Part shown: positions 1 to 8,505 of the stretch, one piece after another | How positions within the stretch are numbered: the first letter of the stretch is position 1 | Layout of the letters: every line of letters begins with the position of its first letter | Assembly: GCA_965243135.1 (NCBI GenBank) | Contig: OZ251539.1 | Span: forward strand, 3,360,001-3,424,000 | Direction: 5' to 3' | Length of the DNA: 64,000 nucleotides | Source of the DNA: Alphaproteobacteria bacterium | Lineage (GTDB): Bacteria; Pseudomonadota; Alphaproteobacteria; MPNO01; UBA830 | Notes under the pieces: model-generated | The model's database searches: none | What the model was told of the DNA's origin: nothing | The model's input: the letters and a program-made list of their open reading frames with translations, nothing else | Made by a program: the position numbers and the translations under genes

Positions 1-515
1 ACTCCCCGCTGGTCCTCATCCGGATCGCGGAACTTCACGGCGGCGGACTGGACGCGATCGACCCGGGCTTCGCCAAGCTCGCTTCGATAAAGGAGCGCGT
101 GCAGATATTCAGGATCTTCGAAATCCTCGACGCCATCAACCAGGGCGACGCTTCCGTCTCGCCGATGCTGAACATCTTCGTCAAGAAGGATCCCAAGGTG
201 CCGCTCGCCTTCGCCTGGCCGAAGGACGGCGGAATCGGCGTCCTGAACCTCGCCTGCGTGGTGAAGGGGACGGCGAACAAGGCGGTCGCCGAGGAGTTTC
301 TGGATTTCTACCTCTCGGCCGAGAACCAGAAGCGGATAGCGGAGGGCGGCGGAGACTCGCCGGTCAACAAGACCGTCAAGGTGCCGACCGGAACCAGGTA
401 CAACATGGTCACCGAAGATCAGGTCGCGAAACTGCACTTCTACGACGCGACGACGGTCGCCGGCAAAAGGGCCGGCTGGCTGACCCGCTTCCAGGAGGAA
501 ATCGTCGCCAGATAG
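1..515 (+). CDS. ABC transporter substrate-binding protein, PotD/PotF-like (5' partial)
   Basis: C-terminal portion (FAWPKDGG...AEEFLDFYLSAENQ...SPVN) typical of polyamine-type binding proteins; directly upstream of the ABC ATPase; runs off the window start. Confidence 0.8.
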   Translation, partial: SPLVLIRIAELHGGGLDAIDPGFAKLASIKERVQIFRIFEILDAINQGDASVSPMLNIFVKKDPKVPLAFAWPKDGGIGVLNLACVVKGTANKAVAEEFLDFYLSAENQKRIAEGGGDSPVNKTVKVPTGTRYNMVTEDQVAKLHFYDATTVAGKRAGWLTRFQEEIVAR

Positions 516-524
516 ATCGCCCCG

Positions 525-1589
525 ATGGCCGACGTCGAAATCCGCGGGATCTCGAAGCGTTACGATCGGACATGGGCGTTGCGGCGGGTCAGTTTCGCGG
601 TCCCGGCGGGCAGCTTCGCGAGTCTGCTCGGACCGAGCGGGTGCGGCAAGACGACGACGCTCCGGCTGATCGCGGGCTTCATCGAACCCGACGAAGGGGA
701 GGTGCGGATCGGCGGCGCCGTCGTCGATTCGCTGCCTCCCTGGCGGCGCAACCTCGGGGTGGTGTTTCAGAACTACGCCCTGTTTCCCTTCATGACCGTG
801 GAGGACAACGTCGCCTTCGGGCTGCGCCGCCGCGCGCTCGGCGCGCCCGAAATCGAGCGCCGGGTGGCCGCCGCCCTCGATCTCGTCTCGTTGCCGGGGC
901 TCGAACGGCGATACCCGCGGCAACTGTCCGGCGGACAGCAGCAGCGCGTCGCTCTGGCCCGCGCGCTCGTGATCCGGCCGGAAGTGCTGCTGCTTGACGA
1001 ACCCCTCTCCAATCTCGACGCCAAGCTGCGCGCCGAGATGCGCTTCGAGCTCAAGCGCATCCAGCGCGAAACCGGAGTGACCTCCATCTTCGTCACGCAC
1101 GATCAGGAAGAGGCGCTGACGCTGTCCGACCGGATCGTCGTTCTGAACCGGGGAACGGTCCGCGCCGACGGCGCGCCGCGGACGATCTGGGAAAACCCGG
1201 AAAGCGCCTTCGTCGCCGATTTCCTCGGCATGGAAAACCTGCTTCCGGCCCGCGTCGAAGGAAGCGGCGGGGAGTCCCGATTCGCCGTCGGCGACGCCGT
1301 CATCACCGCGACGGAAAGGTGCGAGCGAAACCCGGGAGACGACGTGGTTCTGGGAATCCGGTCGGGCGACATCGTGATGGACCCGGAAGCCCCGGAAGGC
1401 GCGGGCAACGAAACCGTCGGCGAGATACGCGAGTTCACCTACCTGGGGGCGAGCATCGCGTTCCAGGTTCAGACTCCGCTTCACGCCCTGCCGCTGATCG
1501 CCACCGGCCGGCGCGACTACGCCCCGGGAGCGACGGTGCGGCTCCGCCTGCCGGAAGACCGCATCAAGATCCTGAAACCCGACGAGTGA
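525..1589 (+). CDS. ABC transporter ATP-binding protein, PotA-like
   Basis: Walker A GPSGCGKT, signature LSGGQQQR, Walker B LLLDEP, C-terminal TOBE-like region. Confidence 0.95.
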   Translation: MADVEIRGISKRYDRTWALRRVSFAVPAGSFASLLGPSGCGKTTTLRLIAGFIEPDEGEVRIGGAVVDSLPPWRRNLGVVFQNYALFPFMTVEDNVAFGLRRRALGAPEIERRVAAALDLVSLPGLERRYPRQLSGGQQQRVALARALVIRPEVLLLDEPLSNLDAKLRAEMRFELKRIQRETGVTSIFVTHDQEEALTLSDRIVVLNRGTVRADGAPRTIWENPESAFVADFLGMENLLPARVEGSGGESRFAVGDAVITATERCERNPGDDVVLGIRSGDIVMDPEAPEGAGNETVGEIREFTYLGASIAFQVQTPLHALPLIATGRRDYAPGATVRLRLPEDRIKILKPDE

Positions 1590-2428
1590 CGACGCGGCGC
1601 ATCCCTCTCGGACTCGCGGCTCCGGTGGCGCTCGCGATGATCGCGGTCGTACTCGTGCCCTGCGCGAACCTGCTGGTCCAAAGCCTCGATCCCGTCGGCG
1701 ACGCCGGAACGTGGCCGGATTTCCGCAATTTCGCGGCGCTGTTCGACAGCAAGATCGGCTATCAGGCGCTGGAACGCACCGTCCGAATCAGCGTGATCGT
1801 GACGGTCATCTGCATCGCCGCGGGCTACCCGGTCGCCCTGTTCATCTCCAGAACGGGCAGGCGCTGGCAGGCGATTCTGCTTGCGCTCGTGATCTTCCCC
1901 TTCCTGATCTCCGCCGTGGTGCGCGCTTTCGGATGGACCGTCATCCTCGGACGCTCGGGTCTCGTCAACAAGGCGCTGATCTGGACCGGACTCGTCGAGA
2001 AGCCGCTGGCGCTCGTCCAGAACGAAATCGGCATCATCGTCGGCGAGACGCATCTGCTGCTGCCTTACATGGTCCTCTCTCTGCTGGCCGTGATCCAGCG
2101 CATCGATCCGAACCTCAAGGACGCCGCCCAGAGTCTCGGGGCCACGCCCGTCGGGGTCTTCTGGAGGGTGGTCGTGCCGATGACCCTGCCCGGACTGCTG
2201 ACCGGGACGCTGCTCGTCTTCAGCCTGGCGATGACGGCCTTCGCGACCCCGTTCCTGCTCGGCGGCGGACGAACGCCGATCCTGACGACGCTTCTCTACC
2301 AGTACGCCTTCGCCCTCTACGACTGGACGAAGGCGGCCACGGTCGGCGTCGCGCTTCTGTGCCTCGGAGCCGCGTTCGTGACGTTTCACCGCCTGCTGTC
2401 GGGCCGGGGATTGCGCAGTTATGGTTGA
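1586..2428 (+). CDS. ABC transporter permease, PotB-like
   Basis: GTG at 1586 overlaps the ATPase stop (GTGA); multiple TM helices; EAA-like loop DAAQSLGATP. Confidence 0.9.
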   Translation: MTTRRIPLGLAAPVALAMIAVVLVPCANLLVQSLDPVGDAGTWPDFRNFAALFDSKIGYQALERTVRISVIVTVICIAAGYPVALFISRTGRRWQAILLALVIFPFLISAVVRAFGWTVILGRSGLVNKALIWTGLVEKPLALVQNEIGIIVGETHLLLPYMVLSLLAVIQRIDPNLKDAAQSLGATPVGVFWRVVVPMTLPGLLTGTLLVFSLAMTAFATPFLLGGGRTPILTTLLYQYAFALYDWTKAATVGVALLCLGAAFVTFHRLLSGRGLRSYG

Positions 2429-3227
2429 CGCGGCGCTTCGCCTCGGACGCGGCTTCCTCGCCGCGTTCGCCGCGTTCTGGCTCGCGTTCCTGGTGGCTCC
2501 CATCGCGGTGACGGCGATCGCTTCTCTGACCAGTTCCTCCTACCTCGTGTTCCCGCCATCGGGCCTTTCGCTGCAATGGTATGCGAAGGGGCTCGGAATG
2601 GACTGGTTCTGGTCGACGCTGGGCAACAGCCTGATCATCGCCATCGGCTCCACGGCCGTCGCGGTCGCCATCGGCATCGCCGCGGCCCGCGTCCTGGCGC
2701 GCCACCGCTTCGCCGGTCGCGGCGCGTTCGAGTACGTCGTGCTCAGCCCCCTGGTCATCCCCGGCGTCGTCGTCGGGTTCGCGCTGTTCAATTTCGCGAT
2801 CATGATCGATTTTCAGGACGCGCCGCTGGTCAACCTGATCGTCGGCCATACCGCCGTCACCGTTCCGTTCACCGTCCGGTCGATCTGGAGCACGATGGCC
2901 GGCTCCGACATTTCCCTCGAAGAGGCCGCGCAGAGCCTCGGGGCGACGCCATGGACCACCTTCCGGACGGTGACGTTTCCGTTGATCGTGCCGGGCATCG
3001 TCGCCGGCGCCATCATCGCCTTCACCTTTTCGTTCAACGACGTGACCATTTCCGCGTTTCTCGTCGCCAGGGAGACCCGCACGCTTCCCGTCGAACTGAT
3101 GGCGCATATCGAATACATCCCCGATCCGACCCCCGCCGCCGTGTCGTCGATCATGATCCTCATGACGCTCGGTTTCTTCCTGCTGATCGAACGCACGGTG
3201 GGGATCGGCGTCTTCACGGAGAAATGA
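2421..3227 (+). CDS. ABC transporter permease, PotC-like
   Basis: TM helices; EEAAQSLGA motif; FPPSGLSLQWY. Confidence 0.92.
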   Translation: MVDAALRLGRGFLAAFAAFWLAFLVAPIAVTAIASLTSSSYLVFPPSGLSLQWYAKGLGMDWFWSTLGNSLIIAIGSTAVAVAIGIAAARVLARHRFAGRGAFEYVVLSPLVIPGVVVGFALFNFAIMIDFQDAPLVNLIVGHTAVTVPFTVRSIWSTMAGSDISLEEAAQSLGATPWTTFRTVTFPLIVPGIVAGAIIAFTFSFNDVTISAFLVARETRTLPVELMAHIEYIPDPTPAAVSSIMILMTLGFFLLIERTVGIGVFTEK

Positions 3228-4226
3228 ATGCAGATCGATCCCTTCGTCGCGGCCATGCCGAAGGCCGAGCTTCACGTCCACATCGAGGGCACGATCGGCC
3301 CCGCGCAGCGCGCGGCGCTCGCCCGGCGCAACGGACTCCCCTGTCCCGACGAAGAGGAGATCGCGGCGTCCTTCGACTACGCCGGGCTCGAGGAGTTCCT
3401 GCGGGTCTACTACGAAGGCGTCCGGATGCTCGCGACGGAACGCGACTTTTACGAGACGGCCCGCGCGTTCCTCGACCGATGCGGCGAAGAGAACGTGATC
3501 CATGTCGAGAGCTCGTTCGATCCGCAACCGCACGTCGAGCGGGGAGTTCCGATCGAGGCGGTGATGGACGGACTCATTGCCGCCTGCCGCGAAGCGCGGG
3601 TTTCGACCAGGCTCGTCATGTGCGTCAATCGCGACCGCCCGCTCGACGAAGCGATGCCGCTTTTCGATCTCGTGCGGCCCTGGCGCGAACATATCGCAGG
3701 CGTCGGTCTCGACTCCGCCGAGCGCGGCAATCCGCCCGTCAAGTTCGCGGCGTTCTACGACAAGGCGCGCGCCGAAGGCTACCGGCTCACCGCGCATTGC
3801 GACGTGGATCAGGAAAATTCGGTCGAGCACATCCGCCAATGCCTCGACACGCTGAAGGTCGAGCGCATCGACCACGGCGTCAACGCCCTCGAGGACCCCG
3901 AGCTCGTCGAGAGAATACGGGACAGCGGAACATGCCTGACCGTATGTCCCACGTGGAGGCCTTCCGATCCGGCTCCGCGGCGCCTCGACCGCCTGCGGCG
4001 ACTGTTCGATCTCGGCGTCCGGGTCACGGTGAATACCGACGATCCGGGCCTGTTCGCGAGCGGGTACATGAATCGCACCCTGTCCGCCGTCCGGTCCGCC
4101 GGCGGCTATTCGAAGTCCGAGACGGTCGCGCTCATGCGCAACGCGTTCCTCGGCTGCTGGGCGGAACCGGACGAGAAGGCGGCGATGCTCGAAAGGCTGT
4201 CGGCGTACGCGGATTCTTCATTCTGA
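3228..4226 (+). CDS. adenosine/adenine deaminase family protein (HCD variant)
   Basis: PKAELHVHIEGT, RIDHG and NTDDP motifs. Confidence 0.9.
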   Translation: MQIDPFVAAMPKAELHVHIEGTIGPAQRAALARRNGLPCPDEEEIAASFDYAGLEEFLRVYYEGVRMLATERDFYETARAFLDRCGEENVIHVESSFDPQPHVERGVPIEAVMDGLIAACREARVSTRLVMCVNRDRPLDEAMPLFDLVRPWREHIAGVGLDSAERGNPPVKFAAFYDKARAEGYRLTAHCDVDQENSVEHIRQCLDTLKVERIDHGVNALEDPELVERIRDSGTCLTVCPTWRPSDPAPRRLDRLRRLFDLGVRVTVNTDDPGLFASGYMNRTLSAVRSAGGYSKSETVALMRNAFLGCWAEPDEKAAMLERLSAYADSSF

Positions 4227-5255
4227 AGCGGCGAGTTCGTCGAACTTCTCCATCCACTCGGCGCGCATCGCGCTCCTCGCCGAATCGTCGACCCAGGCGC
4301 CGTCGATGCCGTTCAGCACGAATTCCCGAAGCCGCTCGAACGGCAACTTGAAGGTCTCGACCATCTCGGCGTAGGCGTTGGCCGGATCCGTGCGATGCAG
4401 CGGCGGGTCGTCGCTGTTGGGCACGATTCGGAGTCCCGCTTCCGCCATGTGCCGGATGGGATGATGCACCGCGAAGTCCTTGCCGCGCAGTTCCCGGTTG
4501 TAGTGGGAATTGGTCGGCACCACGGTGAAGACGATTCCCTCGTCGCGGCACCGGGCGAGCAACGCCTCGTCCTGCAGCACGGTATATCCATGGTCGATGC
4601 GGTCGCATCCGAGCAGATCCAGCGACGTTTCTACGTTGCGGGGCGGCTCGCCGAACTCGCCGGCGTGGGCCGTCCGCCGGAGGCCATGCCGCCCGGCCAG
4701 CCGGTAGGCCTTCCAGAACTTCTCCGGCGGATGGCCGACTTCGAGATAATCCATTCCGATTCCGATCACTTCCTCGCGCGGGTGGGCGACAACGGCTTCG
4801 ACCATCTCGTAGCCGAGCTCCGGGCTCGACTCCCGGTCGATCGAGGGAATCAGCCGGCCGACTATCCCGAAATCCCGTCCCGCGTCCCGCAATCCGGCGA
4901 TCATGCCGTCAACCGCCTCGCCATAGGAAACGCCCGCGATCGCTTGGTGATCGGTCGGGTTCCAGAACATCTCGCGATAGCGCACGCCGCATTCGGCCGC
5001 ATGCTTCTGCGTATCGTAGACGGCGCGGCGAAAGTCGCCGGCTCCTCGCAGCGTCCGGCAGACGACCTTCAGCGTCTTGAGCACGCGGTTGAAGTTCTCG
5101 CCTCGGGCGTAGAGGTCCTCCGGCGCGTCGTGCGGCGGCAAGTCGACGGAATTTTTCCGGGCGAGGAACAGGAACGTCTCGAGCGGAACGGCGCCAGTGA
5201 AATGAACGTGAAGTTCCGCCTTGGGAACCGCACGGCAAAATGATCGCAAGTCCAT
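4218..5255 (-). CDS. adenosine deaminase family protein
   Basis: Real start MDLRSF at 5255 within the long ORF; PKAELHVH, HAGE, RIDHG and NSDDP motifs. Confidence 0.9.
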   Translation of the reverse strand: MDLRSFCRAVPKAELHVHFTGAVPLETFLFLARKNSVDLPPHDAPEDLYARGENFNRVLKTLKVVCRTLRGAGDFRRAVYDTQKHAAECGVRYREMFWNPTDHQAIAGVSYGEAVDGMIAGLRDAGRDFGIVGRLIPSIDRESSPELGYEMVEAVVAHPREEVIGIGMDYLEVGHPPEKFWKAYRLAGRHGLRRTAHAGEFGEPPRNVETSLDLLGCDRIDHGYTVLQDEALLARCRDEGIVFTVVPTNSHYNRELRGKDFAVHHPIRHMAEAGLRIVPNSDDPPLHRTDPANAYAEMVETFKLPFERLREFVLNGIDGAWVDDSARSAMRAEWMEKFDELAASE

Positions 5256-5311
5256 ATGAAGTTCTCCGTTCAATCGCAAGATGCGCCCGACAGCGGCGCG
5301 CGCCCGTCCCG

Positions 5312-6148
5312 TCAATTCTCGTAGGCGACATCCGCCGTCATCGCCAGAGCGCCGGAGGCGGTGGCCGTCCACAACCTGCAGGCGTCGTCGGCGTCGTTCG
5401 GCGTTCCGTGCACCGAAAAATCGGCGACGTCGTAGACCGGCGAAACGGCGCGAACGTCCAGGGACGTCATCCGGGCCTCGGGCCGCTCGCGGCGGAAGAG
5501 GTCGAGCATCAACGTCATGAGCAGCGGTCCGTGAACCACAAGGCCGGGATAACCCTCCACGTCGCGAACGTAGTCCCGGTCGTAATGGATGCGATGACTG
5601 TTCATCGTCAACGCCGAATAACGGAACAACAGCACGCTGCGAGGGCGAATCGCGCGGCTCCACGCGGGATTTTCCGGCGCGGGCTTCGCCGCCGGCGGCG
5701 TCTTCGGAGGATTTCGATAGACCTGCGTTCGTTCTTCCACGGTCGCGATCCTCCCGTCGCCGCCGAGCACCTCTTCGGTGGTGGTCACGAAACACAGCGG
5801 ACCGTTCTTTCCCTGTTTTTCGGAAACGCCGGTAATGGTTATGACCTTCCGCACCGCCTCGCCGATGCGGATGGGACTCTCGAACCGCATCCTGGACCCG
5901 GCCCACAGGCGTTGCCGCAAAGGGATCGGCGGGGTGAACCGCCCCCTGATCCGGTGGCCGTCGACCGACGTCTCGGCTAGGGGAACGAGTTCGTGGAAAT
6001 AAAAATAATGCCATGCGGGCGGCAGCGGATCCCCGCCCTCGTAGCGGGGGTCGTCGCGGTCCAGCGTGACGGCGAAGCAATCGGCGGGATAGGACGAAAC
6101 GAAACCATGCTCGGTGACCGAACGACCGATCCACTCGTCGTAACTCAT
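5312..6148 (-). CDS. double hot-dog (MaoC/FAS1-like) acyl-CoA hydratase, itaconyl/mesaconyl-CoA hydratase-like
   Basis: LPPAWHYFYF, RLWAGSR, LFRYSALTMNSHRIHYD and GLVVHGPL motifs; start overlaps the CoA transferase stop. Confidence 0.88.
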   Translation of the reverse strand: MSYDEWIGRSVTEHGFVSSYPADCFAVTLDRDDPRYEGGDPLPPAWHYFYFHELVPLAETSVDGHRIRGRFTPPIPLRQRLWAGSRMRFESPIRIGEAVRKVITITGVSEKQGKNGPLCFVTTTEEVLGGDGRIATVEERTQVYRNPPKTPPAAKPAPENPAWSRAIRPRSVLLFRYSALTMNSHRIHYDRDYVRDVEGYPGLVVHGPLLMTLMLDLFRRERPEARMTSLDVRAVSPVYDVADFSVHGTPNDADDACRLWTATASGALAMTADVAYEN

Positions 6149-7263
6149 CCCGCAAACTCCCTTCTGATCGCTTCCGAATGCTCGCCGATCGCCGGAATCG
6201 GACCAAGCTCGCGAGCGTTCGCCGGCGGCGCCGGCATGTCGATCGGGCCGGTCGGAGACGCCACGCGCGTTCGCTTCAGGGCCGGATGGCGCGACAGCCC
6301 CGCGACGTCGTTCACTTCGCCGAAGGCGATGCGCGCGCCGCGCAAACGGCGGACGAGTTCGTCGCGCCCGGTCGCGCCGAAAACGCGATTGATTATCTCG
6401 TCGAAATCCGCGCGGTGGGCGCAACGCGCTTCGTTGTTCGCGAACCTCGAGTCTTCGGGAAGCTCGGCGTCGAACAGCACGTCGGAGCAAAGGCGCGCGA
6501 ACTCCCGTTCGTTCTGAATGGCGATCAGGATCGCCCCGCCGTCCGCCGTAGCGTAGGCGCCGTAGGGATGGATGGAGGGATGGTTGAGGCCGACCCTCGG
6601 CGTGATCTCTCCGCCGTAGTCGTAGTGCAGCAGCGGCACGGTCATCCAGTCCGCCATGCCGGCGAACAACGAGGTGCCGATGGCCGTCCCTTCTCCCGTT
6701 TTCTCGCGCGCGATGAGCGCCTCCAGCACCGCCATGTAGGCGTACATCCCGCACGAAACGTCGCAGGCCGAAACGCCCACCCGTCCCGGGCCTTCAGGCC
6801 GGCCGGTAACGGAGCAGAGGCCCGATTCCGCCTGAACCAGAAGATCGTAAGCCTTCATGTCCGAATATTCGCCTTCCGCCCCGTAGCCGGAAATGTCGAC
6901 GGTCACGAGGCGCGGATTGCGCCGCCGCAACTCTTCGGAACCGTACCCGGCGCGCGCCGCGGCGCCGGGCGCGAGGTTCTGGATGAACACGTCCGCACGA
7001 TCGATGATGCGATGGAGCAGCGTCTTGTCGCCCTCGTCCTTTATGTCGGCGACGAGAGATTCCTTGCCGCGGTTGAGCCATACGAAATACGCGCTTTCGC
7101 CGTGGACGACCGTATCGTAGCGGCGGGCGAAATCGCCCTCGGCGCGCTCGATCTTGATCACCCGCGCGCCGGCGTCGGCCAGCCGCGACGCGCAATAGGG
7201 CGCGGCCACCGCCTGTTCCATCGAGACGACGAGGATGCCGTCCAGAGGCGCGTCGCCGGACAT
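6145..7263 (-). CDS. family III CoA transferase (CaiB/BaiF)
   Basis: EQAVAAP, LADAGARVIKIE, WLNRGKES and KAYDLLVQAESG motifs; start MSGDAP at 7263. Confidence 0.93.
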   Translation of the reverse strand: MSGDAPLDGILVVSMEQAVAAPYCASRLADAGARVIKIERAEGDFARRYDTVVHGESAYFVWLNRGKESLVADIKDEGDKTLLHRIIDRADVFIQNLAPGAAARAGYGSEELRRRNPRLVTVDISGYGAEGEYSDMKAYDLLVQAESGLCSVTGRPEGPGRVGVSACDVSCGMYAYMAVLEALIAREKTGEGTAIGTSLFAGMADWMTVPLLHYDYGGEITPRVGLNHPSIHPYGAYATADGGAILIAIQNEREFARLCSDVLFDAELPEDSRFANNEARCAHRADFDEIINRVFGATGRDELVRRLRGARIAFGEVNDVAGLSRHPALKRTRVASPTGPIDMPAPPANARELGPIPAIGEHSEAIRREFAG

Positions 7264-8417
7264 CAGTAAGACCGCGGCAGACCGAGGACGTGTTCGCCCA
7301 CGAACGACAACACGAGGTTGTTGGAGATCGGAGCGATGCGGTAGAGCCGGGTTTCCCGGAACTTGCGCTCCACGTCGTATTCCTCGGCGAAAGCGAAGCC
7401 GCCGTGGGTCTGCATGCACATGTCGGCAGCCTTCCACGACGCCTCCGAAGCAAGGTACTTCGCCATATTCGCTTCCGCGCCGCACGGCTCTCCGGCCTCG
7501 AACTTGCGGGCGGCTTCCGCCACCATGAGGTTCGCCGCTTCGGTCTGCACGTGAGCCTCGGCGATCGGGAACTGGATGCCCTGGTTCTGGCCGATGGGGC
7601 GGTCGAACACGTTGCGGTCCCTGGCGTAAGCGGCAGCCTTGCCGATGAACCAGCGGGCGTCGCCGATGCATTCCGACGCGATGAGGATGCGCTCCGCGTT
7701 CATGCCGTCGAGGATGTATCTGAACCCCTTGCCCTCCTCGCCGACCAGGGAGTCGGCGGGAATTCGAAGGTCCTCGAAGAAAACCTCGGTGGTCGCGTGG
7801 TTGATCATGGTGCGTATGGGCTTGATTTCGAGGCCGTTGCCCCGCGCCTCGCGCATGTCCACGATGAACACGGAGAGGCCGTCCGTGCGTTTCTCGACCA
7901 TGTCCCGCGGCGTGGTCCGCGCGAGCAGCAGCATCAGGTCCGAGTGCTCGGCGCGCGACGTCCAGATCTTCTGGCCGTTGACCAGGTAGCCGGAATTGCC
8001 GTCCTTCACGGCCGTCGTTCGCAGGCTCAGGGTGTCGGTGCCGCTGGTGGGTTCGGTCACTCCGAACGCCTGCAGGCGAATCTCGCCGGAGGCGATGCCG
8101 GGCAGGTATCTGCGCTTCTGCTCCTCGGAGCCGTGGCGCAGGACCGTTCCCATGATGTACATCTGGGCATGGCAGGCGGCGCCGTTGCAGCCCGATTTCT
8201 GGATTTCCTCCATGATCGCGGCCGCGGCGGCGATCCCGAGGCCCGACCCGCCGTATTCTTCGGGGATCAGAACGGACAGGTAGCCGGCTTCGGTCAATTC
8301 CCGCACGAATTCCGTCGGATAGGCGCGTTCGGCGTCCCGCTCGCGCCAGTATTCGCCGGGATAGCGATCGCACAGCCTGCGCACCTGTTCGCGGATTTCG
8401 GAATGGTCTTCTGTCAT
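7263..8417 (-). CDS. acyl-CoA dehydrogenase
   Basis: FGVTEPTSGTD, NGQKIWTS, QTHGGFAFAEEYDVER; start MTEDHS at 8417. Confidence 0.95.
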   Translation of the reverse strand: MTEDHSEIREQVRRLCDRYPGEYWRERDAERAYPTEFVRELTEAGYLSVLIPEEYGGSGLGIAAAAAIMEEIQKSGCNGAACHAQMYIMGTVLRHGSEEQKRRYLPGIASGEIRLQAFGVTEPTSGTDTLSLRTTAVKDGNSGYLVNGQKIWTSRAEHSDLMLLLARTTPRDMVEKRTDGLSVFIVDMREARGNGLEIKPIRTMINHATTEVFFEDLRIPADSLVGEEGKGFRYILDGMNAERILIASECIGDARWFIGKAAAYARDRNVFDRPIGQNQGIQFPIAEAHVQTEAANLMVAEAARKFEAGEPCGAEANMAKYLASEASWKAADMCMQTHGGFAFAEEYDVERKFRETRLYRIAPISNNLVLSFVGEHVLGLPRSY

Positions 8418-8505
8418 TCTGAATTTCCCGGATGGATGAACGCCCTGTCGGACCCTCGCAACACTATCCAAAGAGAATTATATGTTCTCAAGCCGCAATC
8501 TATTG

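Noticed and set aside
4218-8373. Apparent long fusion ORFs (662, 480 and 742 aa)
   Set aside because: The N-terminal extensions are off-frame read-through of neighbouring genes; true starts are internal (5255, 6148, 7263).
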